64,000 nt of DNA, from contig CAZUPO010000001.1 of the NCBI GenBank assembly GCA_964621595.1, positions 78,758-142,757 on the forward strand, given 5' to 3'. Below, in pieces: positions 30,601 to 38,165 of this stretch. The DNA is from an uncultured Candidatus Saccharibacteria bacterium (GTDB lineage Bacteria > Patescibacteriota > Minisyncoccia > Phycocordibacterales > UBA5272). Position numbers and translations under genes: made by a program. The notes under the pieces were generated by a model. It did not search any database. It saw nothing but the letters and a program-made list of their open reading frames with translations, and was not told the DNA's origin. The stretch's first letter is position 1. The number at the start of each line of letters is the position of its first letter.

Positions 30601-30936
30601 CTTTATAGATGCAGATCTTCCTGACCCGACTGGATTAAAAAAGGCTACGTAGACATAATTGGCTGTAACACTACCATTTACCGGACCAATATCAAGCATA
30701 TACTCTTTTTCTGCGGGGTTGATTGCAGCATGAAGTCTGCTGGTGTTCACGAGAAAAGAATCTACAACATTTTTGTTCTTTTTTGCTAAATAAATTTTAT
30801 CTACAATATTAGTATTATGAAAAGACTCTTTAACATTCGTAAAGACATAAAGAAGTGCCTCCGTATTAAAACTATATGAGAGAGTTACGCCTATAAGAAC
30901 AAGAACTCCTATCTTTTTAATGAGCCTGCGTAACAT
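27652..30936 (-). CDS. large secreted surface protein: five ~170-aa internal repeats + YVATANF-family C-terminal domain (paralog 3)
   Basis: 1094 aa; repeats each contain NYVY..FFNP.GSGK.A.IKRI..RAN and end LQPGEGI.LY......IEWDE; C-terminus VVYVATANF. Confidence 0.55.
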   Translation of the reverse strand: MLRRLIKKIGVLVLIGVTLSYSFNTEALLYVFTNVKESFHNTNIVDKIYLAKKNKNVVDSFLVNTSRLHAAINPAEKEYMLDIGPVNGSVTANYVYVAFFNPVGSGRSASIKRIAVRANTASSTASNYVNLSVRRISSSTGGTQIASTSYIYKNASTSDSIMEVRTAGPTVTLSGTTDSRILGQPLSGAVGSYYSRRDITFDSSEETLVLQPGEGVAVYQEAAGTAAAAVRVFIEWDETVNPPPSQNEFLFAFPRVENAAAANYVYNSFFNPSGSGKTAVVKRIWFGSETCDAGAVYTNNIVLKRISAASAGTAVASSSIPKKNTSGATTSMEFRYTNVTVTQVGGTDARLGHVTPCGAAGQATGWQEIDFDHHDEQLILQPGEGIALISEAAGNANQLTRMIIEWGEVTTGNTPSSQGEYIWASDKVAAATAANTSLYTFFNPVGSGKTAIIKRLVIRANATTTSAYTSLQFRRIIAASAGTLVASSSYPKKHTGSATSSMEIRWCLQACTSAITATYAGDANAKIISVTGAGAVGQVIGQQEIVFGDNEKLVIKEGEGIGLYNDVLTSSAALSVKILIEWDEEASAPTAQNQYVMSIGPINGNTGASYNYVTFFNPSGSGKTAIIKRIRIRVDTVAAAVYIPIQLRRLSAASAGTLVASSSYPKKNTGSATSSMEIRHTGVTATFSGTTDSKMIAIQTPGAVASAAAGNTGYAEVLFSNNEDVVLQPGEGVGLYQDAAGDADLRVRLLIEWEEAASAPSSLGQYLYTSGPINQSTSLGYVYSTFFNPTGSGKNFIIKKLMTKVNRSGAATVPAYTPFSLRKISSHSGGTSVASTSIPKKHSNTATTTAEIRTTGVTVSLMQSTSSRLVSGTTPGVVNQPFGDQEDSIYYGDELVLKSGEGIALYNEQATGDANVRYRFLVEWDEESNGIIPQVLTFTISTSSVYFGNASPVASRYASSTSLLGSDVETEAHTLSVITNATNGYTISVRGATLTSGSTTINAIGNTNTASATNTEQFGIRLTATGGSGTVSTPYSASGFAYSATATTSSSIASATVGDNATTTFSVRYLLNIAATTPPSVFSTSVVYVATANF

Positions 30937-31939
30937 ACGAGTAGGTTTTAAATCCTATATCCCTAAAAATAGTAGTTATTTCTTCTTCATTGAGGTGCCC
31001 TTTTTTCTTTTGTTCGATCATTACCGTGATAATATACGGCCGACCTGGGGCGTATACAATCCCAGAGTCTGCTCGTACATTTTCATCTATACGTATACCA
31101 GTTTTATGTACAAAAGGCACAGTCTCAGGAATACTTTGACCAAGAAGATCTCTTGGGGCATGGGAAAGAATGTCTAAGAAAAGTTGGGCGTATTCTTGGT
31201 TTAGATACGTTGCATTATAAAGAGATCGAAAAAAAATAGAATATCTCTTAGCTGTGATACGATTGTCTGCATCTACTTGATTCTTGGGTGATCGCTTTAA
31301 TGCCTCAATAATATCATCTAAACCCATATGAACATAAACGTCTTCGAGTTCTTCTCCGTCTAGGTTTCTTAGTAGTACAAAGTGTGCTGTATTGTCTGAA
31401 TCAATGAGTGAGGCTTCCAAAAATTGTCTGATAGTAAACGTACTACCTGATGGCTGTTTATAAAGATTGCCATATTCGCTATCTTTGTCATCATCAAGAA
31501 TTACTAATTCATTTGTTAATTTCCATTTCTTATCTTGAATTTTTTTCATAATAGCCATTGCAACAGGAATTTTAATGAGACTTGCCGGCCAAATCTTTTC
31601 ATCCTTATTCACCGCAATGTTGGCACCGGTTGGCAAATACTCGAAGTACACAGAGACAAGATAATCATCGCGATTTTCGTATGTTTTAGTAAGATAATCA
31701 CGTAGTTCTTGGAAATCAACAATACGATCTTTTTTCTCAATAATGAGAAGGGCGGGGTTAAGAAACGTTAATTTAGTGTTTTCTTTATGAGAAAGTACTT
31801 GGCTTGAAATAAAAACACCAATACAAAATCCAGCAAAAAGTATAGTGATGCTGACTAGCATTCTTTTTTCTAAAAAGAATGCTAGTACTGCTTGTTTTTT
31901 AACATGGTAATTATTGCTCATTATTATCTTCAATGACAA
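30917..31939 (-). CDS. membrane-anchored serine hydrolase, class-A beta-lactamase / PBP-like fold
   Basis: N-terminal TM, SxxK (PASLIKIP) and SDN (IDSDNTA) motifs. Confidence 0.5.
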   Translation of the reverse strand: MSLKIIMSNNYHVKKQAVLAFFLEKRMLVSITILFAGFCIGVFISSQVLSHKENTKLTFLNPALLIIEKKDRIVDFQELRDYLTKTYENRDDYLVSVYFEYLPTGANIAVNKDEKIWPASLIKIPVAMAIMKKIQDKKWKLTNELVILDDDKDSEYGNLYKQPSGSTFTIRQFLEASLIDSDNTAHFVLLRNLDGEELEDVYVHMGLDDIIEALKRSPKNQVDADNRITAKRYSIFFRSLYNATYLNQEYAQLFLDILSHAPRDLLGQSIPETVPFVHKTGIRIDENVRADSGIVYAPGRPYIITVMIEQKKKGHLNEEEITTIFRDIGFKTYSYVTQAH

Positions 31940-34283
31940 AATTTAAATCTTCGAGTTTCTCCTTGGTTACAAGTGTATCAAGTTCTTCTTTGCTACGAAA
32001 TACATCTACTGTGGTTAAGTTATCATCAGAAAATACCTCGCCTGTAAATTCAGAATAAAATGAAAAATTACTAGCGCCAACGTAAACCTTCCAGACAAGA
32101 TTACTGAAGTCAACCTCTCCACGCTCACCATTACCTTTGTCGTATGGTGGAATGATACGGTAATCAATAGTTTTTGAATCTATGTTATAAGTAAACACCA
32201 TGGTTTCATCTTCAGAAAGCCAGAAAATATTTCTATCTTTAATAGCAAATGGGTAATCTTTTGCTGGTGGAGCGATACCCTCTTCATCTATTTTATTCTC
32301 TGTACCATCTTGTAAATTAAAAATCCAAAGTGTGTCTATATCATCCTGAGATAAATGCGCCACCACGATGCCACCGACTGTCCCCTTGATACTTTTAATT
32401 TCATCTTTTTTAAAATCAGGGAGGGGAAGTTTTTTTCTCTTTTCTTCTTCTTTAATAAGATCTAGTATTTGTTCTATACTCCCGTCTTTTGGTAGGGCGC
32501 GATTTAATTTATACCAACTATTTTTTTGTATCAGAGTACTTGCAACACTAGAGGTGGCTGTAGAAGTGGCCAATATTATATCCTCAGAAATAACGCTCGT
32601 AGTAGACGAAATCTCAGCAGGCGTCGTGGTACTAGCAGCACCTGTAACTAACACAGTGCCAGAGGCTGTTTCTATTGTAGTTGCCGATGATGAAGTTGCT
32701 TCTGGGTACATGTACCAAACCTCCTCCTTGTCCGTATCACTATTTTTTAAACGCACAATACGAACATCTCCAACTGTCACATCCTCCAAAATAGTGTCTC
32801 GTTCAAAATCTGGGTGTATGTGCTCAACGATTGTTTCGTATAATACTTCAACTTTAATACCGTCTAGATACATGCTTGGGATACTGTCAATGTGCCTTTT
32901 AGGCACCACCTTGACCTGGAGTCGTTCCATATCATTCCATGTAGTTGTTGCATTTAACGGGATTTCAAACGTTCTGTATTTCATTGATTCTCGATCGAGT
33001 TCACCAAGACTGCTCCAGGTAACTCCGTCAAAAGTGTATAGAACTTCGACAAGAGCACTTGCATGAGTCAATGTGCCCGCTCCTTCTTCTGTGGTTGTGG
33101 CAGTAGTGGTTGCAACCTCTGTAGAAGACGTCACGACCTCGCTACTTGTGGCTAATAGCAACATATCTTGAGTTGTCGAAGAAAGGTCTACCGCTTGCGT
33201 AGTTATCTCAGTGAGAACAGATGATTCTTCTGTCGGAACAACCATATCTTCAACAGAAGACGTGGAGGCTGTCGTTTGCACTACAGGGGCTTCTGTTGTT
33301 GGTTGAGATATATTTTCTGATAGATCTGATATAGGGACAGGCTCTGTCATTACATTCGACGATGTTGCTTCTTCAGCAAAAACATGTGTAATTATTTGAC
33401 CACTTAAAAAATTATACAGCATGTCTAAATATGACGTCGGCTGTGATTCACTTGGAGATGTTTCTACCGGTGAAGAAGGTTGGGTGGGTGATTCTATGTG
33501 TTCTACTGGGGTTGGTGCCGCCTCTTGTACTGGCTGTGTTTCACTTTGTATTGTACTTGATGATACGGTTTCAGTTTGGTTGGTATCCCCTACTGATGTA
33601 GTTGGTTCTGTTGGTTGTATAAGTGACTGGACCACATTAATCAAAGAGTCGATAATCCCCGCTTGTGTAGTCGTGCCAACACTTTCTGTGGAAGTACTTT
33701 CTGATGTAGTTGTTGCCGTAGACGTAGACAACGTAAATGTCACTTCTGTCGTAGAAGAAACATCCAGTATCTCGCCACTTGATGATGCAAACGAATCTCC
33801 AATGATAGTATCTTCTAGGAGAAAGTCTCCTCCGACCGCCATAGAAACCGTAACAAGCATTTTTGTTGGCTTAGTATTACTCTTGAAGTCACCAGAAAAA
33901 TCTCCGCAGTATATTTCTGCTTGAGTGTCTTTGGGTAGTACCGCTGAATTACTCACAGTGAAATGATCCGTATCAACATTAGAAATATTCTCTGGCGTAC
34001 CTTCAGCGTGATCCGGGTTTAGCCACCCACCCAAACACGTATTTGGATAAAATACGACACTGTCGGCAGTTCCATGCGGAGAGATGAAAACACCGAGCAC
34101 AAATAAAAGCACTATAGTGGAGAGCGCCACTCTCCAACGTTTGCGCGACTTCGCCTCTTCCAATAACTTCTGAGAGGTAAAAATATTTTCAAGTGAGCGC
34201 TTTACACTCTCGATATGAGATTCGGTTCTTTTGAGGGAATGGTGTATGAAGTTTTTTTTCTTTGGCGAGGGTTTCTTTTCCAT
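31911..34283 (-). CDS. signal-anchored surface protein with long Ser/Thr-rich linkers (hypothetical)
   Basis: 790 aa; N-terminal K-rich cytoplasmic segment, one TM, extensive T/S/E-rich low-complexity, structured C-terminal ~300 aa. Confidence 0.45.
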   Translation of the reverse strand: MEKKPSPKKKNFIHHSLKRTESHIESVKRSLENIFTSQKLLEEAKSRKRWRVALSTIVLLFVLGVFISPHGTADSVVFYPNTCLGGWLNPDHAEGTPENISNVDTDHFTVSNSAVLPKDTQAEIYCGDFSGDFKSNTKPTKMLVTVSMAVGGDFLLEDTIIGDSFASSSGEILDVSSTTEVTFTLSTSTATTTSESTSTESVGTTTQAGIIDSLINVVQSLIQPTEPTTSVGDTNQTETVSSSTIQSETQPVQEAAPTPVEHIESPTQPSSPVETSPSESQPTSYLDMLYNFLSGQIITHVFAEEATSSNVMTEPVPISDLSENISQPTTEAPVVQTTASTSSVEDMVVPTEESSVLTEITTQAVDLSSTTQDMLLLATSSEVVTSSTEVATTTATTTEEGAGTLTHASALVEVLYTFDGVTWSSLGELDRESMKYRTFEIPLNATTTWNDMERLQVKVVPKRHIDSIPSMYLDGIKVEVLYETIVEHIHPDFERDTILEDVTVGDVRIVRLKNSDTDKEEVWYMYPEATSSSATTIETASGTVLVTGAASTTTPAEISSTTSVISEDIILATSTATSSVASTLIQKNSWYKLNRALPKDGSIEQILDLIKEEEKRKKLPLPDFKKDEIKSIKGTVGGIVVAHLSQDDIDTLWIFNLQDGTENKIDEEGIAPPAKDYPFAIKDRNIFWLSEDETMVFTYNIDSKTIDYRIIPPYDKGNGERGEVDFSNLVWKVYVGASNFSFYSEFTGEVFSDDNLTTVDVFRSKEELDTLVTKEKLEDLNFVIEDNNEQ

Positions 34284-34395
34284 GAGGACGATGTATACCT
34301 CGAGTATATCAGTGGTTTTATACTATCCGCGGGGTAATCCCCATAACCATAGGTACGTATTTGATTTTAAGAGCAGGTAAGAACTTCAAAAATGC

Positions 34396-34878
34396 TCACC
34401 TCTTTATCTCTCTGGCTTTCGCAATCATTTTAGACGTTGAGTTTATTTTTTTACTAAAACTGTACACGACCCTAGTACCATACTCTTTCAAGTAGAAATC
34501 CTTGATTGTGTTATAAAACTTTACATAACCCCTCCTGAAAAATACCTGAGGGCGCGCATGACGCAAGAAGTGTAAACTCGTCTCTAATTTATTATTTTTA
34601 TCCACAAAAGACAACATAATAACAGCAGAAACAGGTTTTAGTGCCGCCAATATTTTTGCTCTCTTATATTGGGTATGAATTGGTTCCCTTCCCTTAAAAC
34701 GTCGTATGAACTCATCTGAAACCACACCAACAACTAACTCCCCGCCAAGTTTTGATGCCTCAAAAATATGCGCAAGGTGACCATCATGAAGTAAATCAAA
34801 GCAACCAGTAACACAAACGATTTTACGATTTTTTGCCCACTTTTTATATTCTGATAACTGGGAAAATCTATATATCAC
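34396..34878 (-). CDS. cytidylyltransferase-like nucleotidyltransferase (HxGH family)
   Basis: VCVTGCFDLLHDGHLAHIFEA = (T/H)xGH motif of CTP_transf_like Rossmann nucleotidyltransferases; 160 aa. Confidence 0.55.
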   Translation of the reverse strand: MIYRFSQLSEYKKWAKNRKIVCVTGCFDLLHDGHLAHIFEASKLGGELVVGVVSDEFIRRFKGREPIHTQYKRAKILAALKPVSAVIMLSFVDKNNKLETSLHFLRHARPQVFFRRGYVKFYNTIKDFYLKEYGTRVVYSFSKKINSTSKMIAKAREIKR

Positions 34879-34985
34879 AGTACCTTAAATCTATAACATT
34901 TAAAGCTTTCTGTCTAGTGGCTTCTGCTGCTTTTTGGGGAACCTGAAATCGCAGGGTGTCGACCAAATTTTTACACAACCCGCGC

Positions 34986-35393
34986 TTATACTTTAACAAT
35001 TTTTATACCAAACCATCTATCCCAGTAGAATCCAGATTCTTTTTTGAATGTATACAAGGCAACAAGACCAAAAATTAATGAAAATTTAAAAAAGAAGGAG
35101 CATCCCCAGTGTAAGATCATCTTCCAGGTAGCTGGCTTTTTATCAAGATTCTTTGCATCCACAAACTTATATTTGAAGACTTTCATACCTGGGGTCCAAT
35201 ACATATAACAATGAAAAACTACAACGTACAGCGTGATTGGTATCCATGCTAGCGTGTCCGGTAGATTATCACTGGCACCCGTGAAGACAACAGAAATAAT
35301 TGTAAAAACAAGTGTATAAAAAAACACGTCGATAATATCAGAAAGTATATATGTGCCCAAACTAATCGTATGCCCGTTGTTTGTTTCTTTCAT
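34986..35393 (-). CDS. small integral membrane protein (hypothetical)
   Basis: 135 aa, 3-4 hydrophobic helices. Confidence 0.4.
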   Translation of the reverse strand: MKETNNGHTISLGTYILSDIIDVFFYTLVFTIISVVFTGASDNLPDTLAWIPITLYVVVFHCYMYWTPGMKVFKYKFVDAKNLDKKPATWKMILHWGCSFFFKFSLIFGLVALYTFKKESGFYWDRWFGIKIVKV

Positions 35394-35442
35394 GGGGTAA
35401 GTATATCACTCTAAGGTGTGAAAATGTTGGGAGCACAAAAAT

Positions 35443-36231
35443 TCACCCTAAAGTCCTTAGAGTGGCCTTTGCTGCGTCTATAAAATTATGCACATCTGTT
35501 TCAAACCTTAGAACATCTTGCTCGAGCATCTTCCACTCGTCAGGAATTTGTCCATTCCCAACATTTTCTTCATGAACAAAAACAGCGATCAACATATCTA
35601 AAATTCCTCCAAGAATAACCGTAGAGAAACTGAGAGCTTTTTTTGCTTCAAAATAAGGTCCGTAATTAAAGTGATACTGACCATTGCCTGCTGATGACTG
35701 AGATCCGAAAAACTGAGATCCAAATGCACTGGCATGTGATGCTTTACTGAGGGTCTTAAACGCGGTACCATACGGAGTACTACCCCTTGAGACACTATCG
35801 CGATCTATAGCACCCTCATTAAATGCATCCTTGAAAACACGGTTCTTCTGATAGTCATCTTCCTTCTCGTTCCAAAACATTTCTAATAATTCAGTATGGT
35901 GAAACAAGTATTCCGCCATCATCAAATCACTCATAGAACTTCTGCTCAGAGTAGCGGCATCGCCGTATAAACCACGTTCCAGTAAAAGCCTAGAACTTTC
36001 CGTGTGTTGTATAAAGCGGTTCATCAGTAACAAAAGAACTTTTGTATAGGTAACGCTAGATTGATCAGGAAATGCTCGAGCCTCACTAATAAGGAATTTG
36101 ATGACATCTTTGAGAAGATCTACACCCCGCCAATATAGCACATAAAACTTTGGTAACGCAGTCTCTGTTAAAGAGAGGATTTCTTTTTCTATTTTCTGAA
36201 AATCTCTGTTTCCTTCTTGTGGCGATTCCAT
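35443..36231 (-). CDS. hypothetical protein
   Basis: 262 aa ORF, no recognised motif. Confidence 0.4.
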   Translation of the reverse strand: MESPQEGNRDFQKIEKEILSLTETALPKFYVLYWRGVDLLKDVIKFLISEARAFPDQSSVTYTKVLLLLMNRFIQHTESSRLLLERGLYGDAATLSRSSMSDLMMAEYLFHHTELLEMFWNEKEDDYQKNRVFKDAFNEGAIDRDSVSRGSTPYGTAFKTLSKASHASAFGSQFFGSQSSAGNGQYHFNYGPYFEAKKALSFSTVILGGILDMLIAVFVHEENVGNGQIPDEWKMLEQDVLRFETDVHNFIDAAKATLRTLG

Positions 36232-36284
36232 GGTTAAATTCTCGTTAAATATGTTACCCGGAGTCCGCGGTTACCTTAAACTAC

Positions 36285-36397
36285 CTGGGGTACAAGGGCT
36301 CGATCACAAAACTTCTCCTCATACATTCGTCGATAAAGTTTCGCGACCCCGTATTCGAGCCCTTACGCACAACATGCAGATGTTGTGCTGTACCCCA
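36285..36397 (-). pseudogene. tRNA-Gln-derived remnant: copies of the tRNA-Gln 5' end (TGGGGTA) and 3' end (TCGAGCCCTTGTACCCCAG) flanking a non-tRNA hairpin
   Basis: 19-nt exact repeat of tRNA-Gln 3' end at 36285-36303; cannot be folded into a cloverleaf; internal hairpin CACAACAT-ctgc-ATGTTGTG. Confidence 0.4.
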
Positions 36398-36444
36398 GCA
36401 ACACTAAGTGTAAGGAACGCTTTGCGTACTGTCAAAATGTGTTG

Positions 36445-36515
36445 CTGGGGTACAAGGGCTCGAACCTCGATTAACGGAGCCAGAATCCGTTGTCCTACCA
36501 TTAGACGATACCCCA
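36445..36515 (-). tRNA. tRNA-Gln (anticodon CUG)
   Basis: Revcomp folds: U1:A72 acceptor TGGGGTA/TACCCCA with G73 (bacterial Gln identity), D-arm GTCT/GGAC, anticodon stem ACGGA/TCCGT, loop TTCTGGC, T-loop TTCGAGC. Confidence 0.8.
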
Positions 36516-36681
36516 AAAAATTGTTAGGGAATAGGCACTAGTAAATACGTAATCCCCTAATCAAGACACGTGGCACAAAATACTTTACTAATGTGCGAAC
36601 ATACTATCATTTTTCAACCCAAAAATAAAGACGGGTGCTACATGCGCACATCTATGCAAATAATATTTCATTGCTATACTA

Positions 36682-36918
36682 ATGAGTATGTCTTGTCATG
36701 AAAATCATTCGCGATCGATTGTAAAAGCGATCAGTTACCGTCTCGTTAGTATTTGTGCGGACCTAATACTCGTATTTGCAATTACGAAAAAAATTGAACT
36801 AACCCTTGGTATTGTAACCGCAAGTAATATCGTAAGTACGTTTGTCTACTACTTCCATGAACGTGTATGGAACAGTTTCCATCTCGGCCGCTTTGCTCTT
36901 AAAAATTTAAAACGTTAG
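36682..36918 (+). CDS. small membrane protein, DUF2061-like
   Basis: 78 aa, two TM helices, KAISYRLVS start typical of DUF2061. Confidence 0.45.
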   Translation: MSMSCHENHSRSIVKAISYRLVSICADLILVFAITKKIELTLGIVTASNIVSTFVYYFHERVWNSFHLGRFALKNLKR

Positions 36919-36935
36919 GCAATGTTAGGGTAACC

Positions 36936-38165
36936 ATGCTGCAAGAAATATATCTCTCCATCAAACAACTCCGGAGACCGGTTCGTTCTCTCTTAGCATT
37001 ATCGTACGTATACAGAGGGGCAACAATACTAGTCGGCGCATTTATTCATATTGCAATATATGAACGCATATCAAGCATATCGTTTAACATTCTCGAAGGA
37101 ATTATAAACTTTACCGGCACCATGATCGGTTTTTGTATACTCGGATATTACTTTAGTAAACATCATTACGATATACGCTATGGTTTTTATTATAGTTTTT
37201 TCATGCTCGGACTTGGTGCGCTTCTCTTTACGTTTGCCTTTTCACCTCTGCTTATAACTACTGCGATTCTTCTGTATGGTATTGGAATAGGATTATTTTG
37301 GTTAACAATCCATACATATGAACTAACAGAAACTAGAGATGATGAGCGAGACTTTTATTCTTCTTTATTATCTGCTGGAGGAAAAGTACTTTTGGTGGTA
37401 TGTCCAATTGTTGCAACCGCACTACTCTACCTTTCAAAGACAATTCTACACTTAGACCCATTTATCATTCTATTCTCTGTGATACCATTTATTTTTCTGC
37501 TTGGTCTGTTCTCTTTTTCTGGGATACAGACATACAAACCAAGCACAATAGAACTTGCGGATCTCCGCCACTTTTTTATAGAGAAACGCAATGCAATTGC
37601 ACAACTCTACATGGCAGGAAATGGGATGGGTCACTTTTTGGGACCTCTCATCATACCACTTGCTGCGCTCACCATTTTGGGAAACGAAATGCGGGTCGGG
37701 ATCTTTAATGCAGCCATTGCGATTCTTTCTTCAGTCCTTATTCTTATTTTAGGTAAATATCGCGACAAAGGTAACCGCTTTATATTCCTGTGTGTCGCCA
37801 CGATACTTGGTAGTGTTTTTCTCTACCTACTGGGTTATTACATGTCGAGTACTATTCTTGTTATCTACGCGATTGCTTCATTATTTCTTGATCCTATAAA
37901 AGATGTTTCTAATCATGTGATTTCATTACAAACCATGGAATCAATCGGAAGGAGAGGAAAAGATTTTTATGCCACCATGATCCTGCGTGATTTTTCTTTG
38001 TGGGTATGGAGAATGGTGATTGGTGTGTTACTCCTATACACAAGCACCCTGATTGCAGACCCGTCTCTTATGATCAAGATTGGGATATTTGCCATCATCG
38101 CAGTAGAGTACATAACGGTACTTGGCGCGTACATTCTTCTTAAAACTCTCAATAAATTAGACTAG
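36936..38165 (+). CDS. MFS-like multi-pass transporter
   Basis: 409 aa with ~12 hydrophobic helices in 6+6 arrangement. Confidence 0.5.
   Translation: MLQEIYLSIKQLRRPVRSLLALSYVYRGATILVGAFIHIAIYERISSISFNILEGIINFTGTMIGFCILGYYFSKHHYDIRYGFYYSFFMLGLGALLFTFAFSPLLITTAILLYGIGIGLFWLTIHTYELTETRDDERDFYSSLLSAGGKVLLVVCPIVATALLYLSKTILHLDPFIILFSVIPFIFLLGLFSFSGIQTYKPSTIELADLRHFFIEKRNAIAQLYMAGNGMGHFLGPLIIPLAALTILGNEMRVGIFNAAIAILSSVLILILGKYRDKGNRFIFLCVATILGSVFLYLLGYYMSSTILVIYAIASLFLDPIKDVSNHVISLQTMESIGRRGKDFYATMILRDFSLWVWRMVIGVLLLYTSTLIADPSLMIKIGIFAIIAVEYITVLGAYILLKTLNKLD

Noticed and set aside
27652-30936. Type IV pilin or sortase-substrate interpretation of the YVATANF proteins
   Set aside because: The N-termini are classical Sec signal peptides, not class III prepilin signals. 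No LPxTG-like sorting motif or WxL motif is present at the C-termini.
20656-34283. CRISPR array or tandem DNA repeats
   Set aside because: The repetition is at the protein-paralog/domain level. No short direct repeats with unique spacers are present.
36285-36397. Possibility of a second, intron-containing tRNA
   Set aside because: Only the extreme 5' (7 nt) and 3' (19 nt) ends match tRNA-Gln. No D-, anticodon- or T-arm can be formed, so it is treated as a remnant.
36230-36541. 103-aa plus-strand ORF and 65-aa minus-strand ORF
   Set aside because: They overlap tRNA-Gln and the tRNA-like remnant. This is an RNA/repeat region, not coding.
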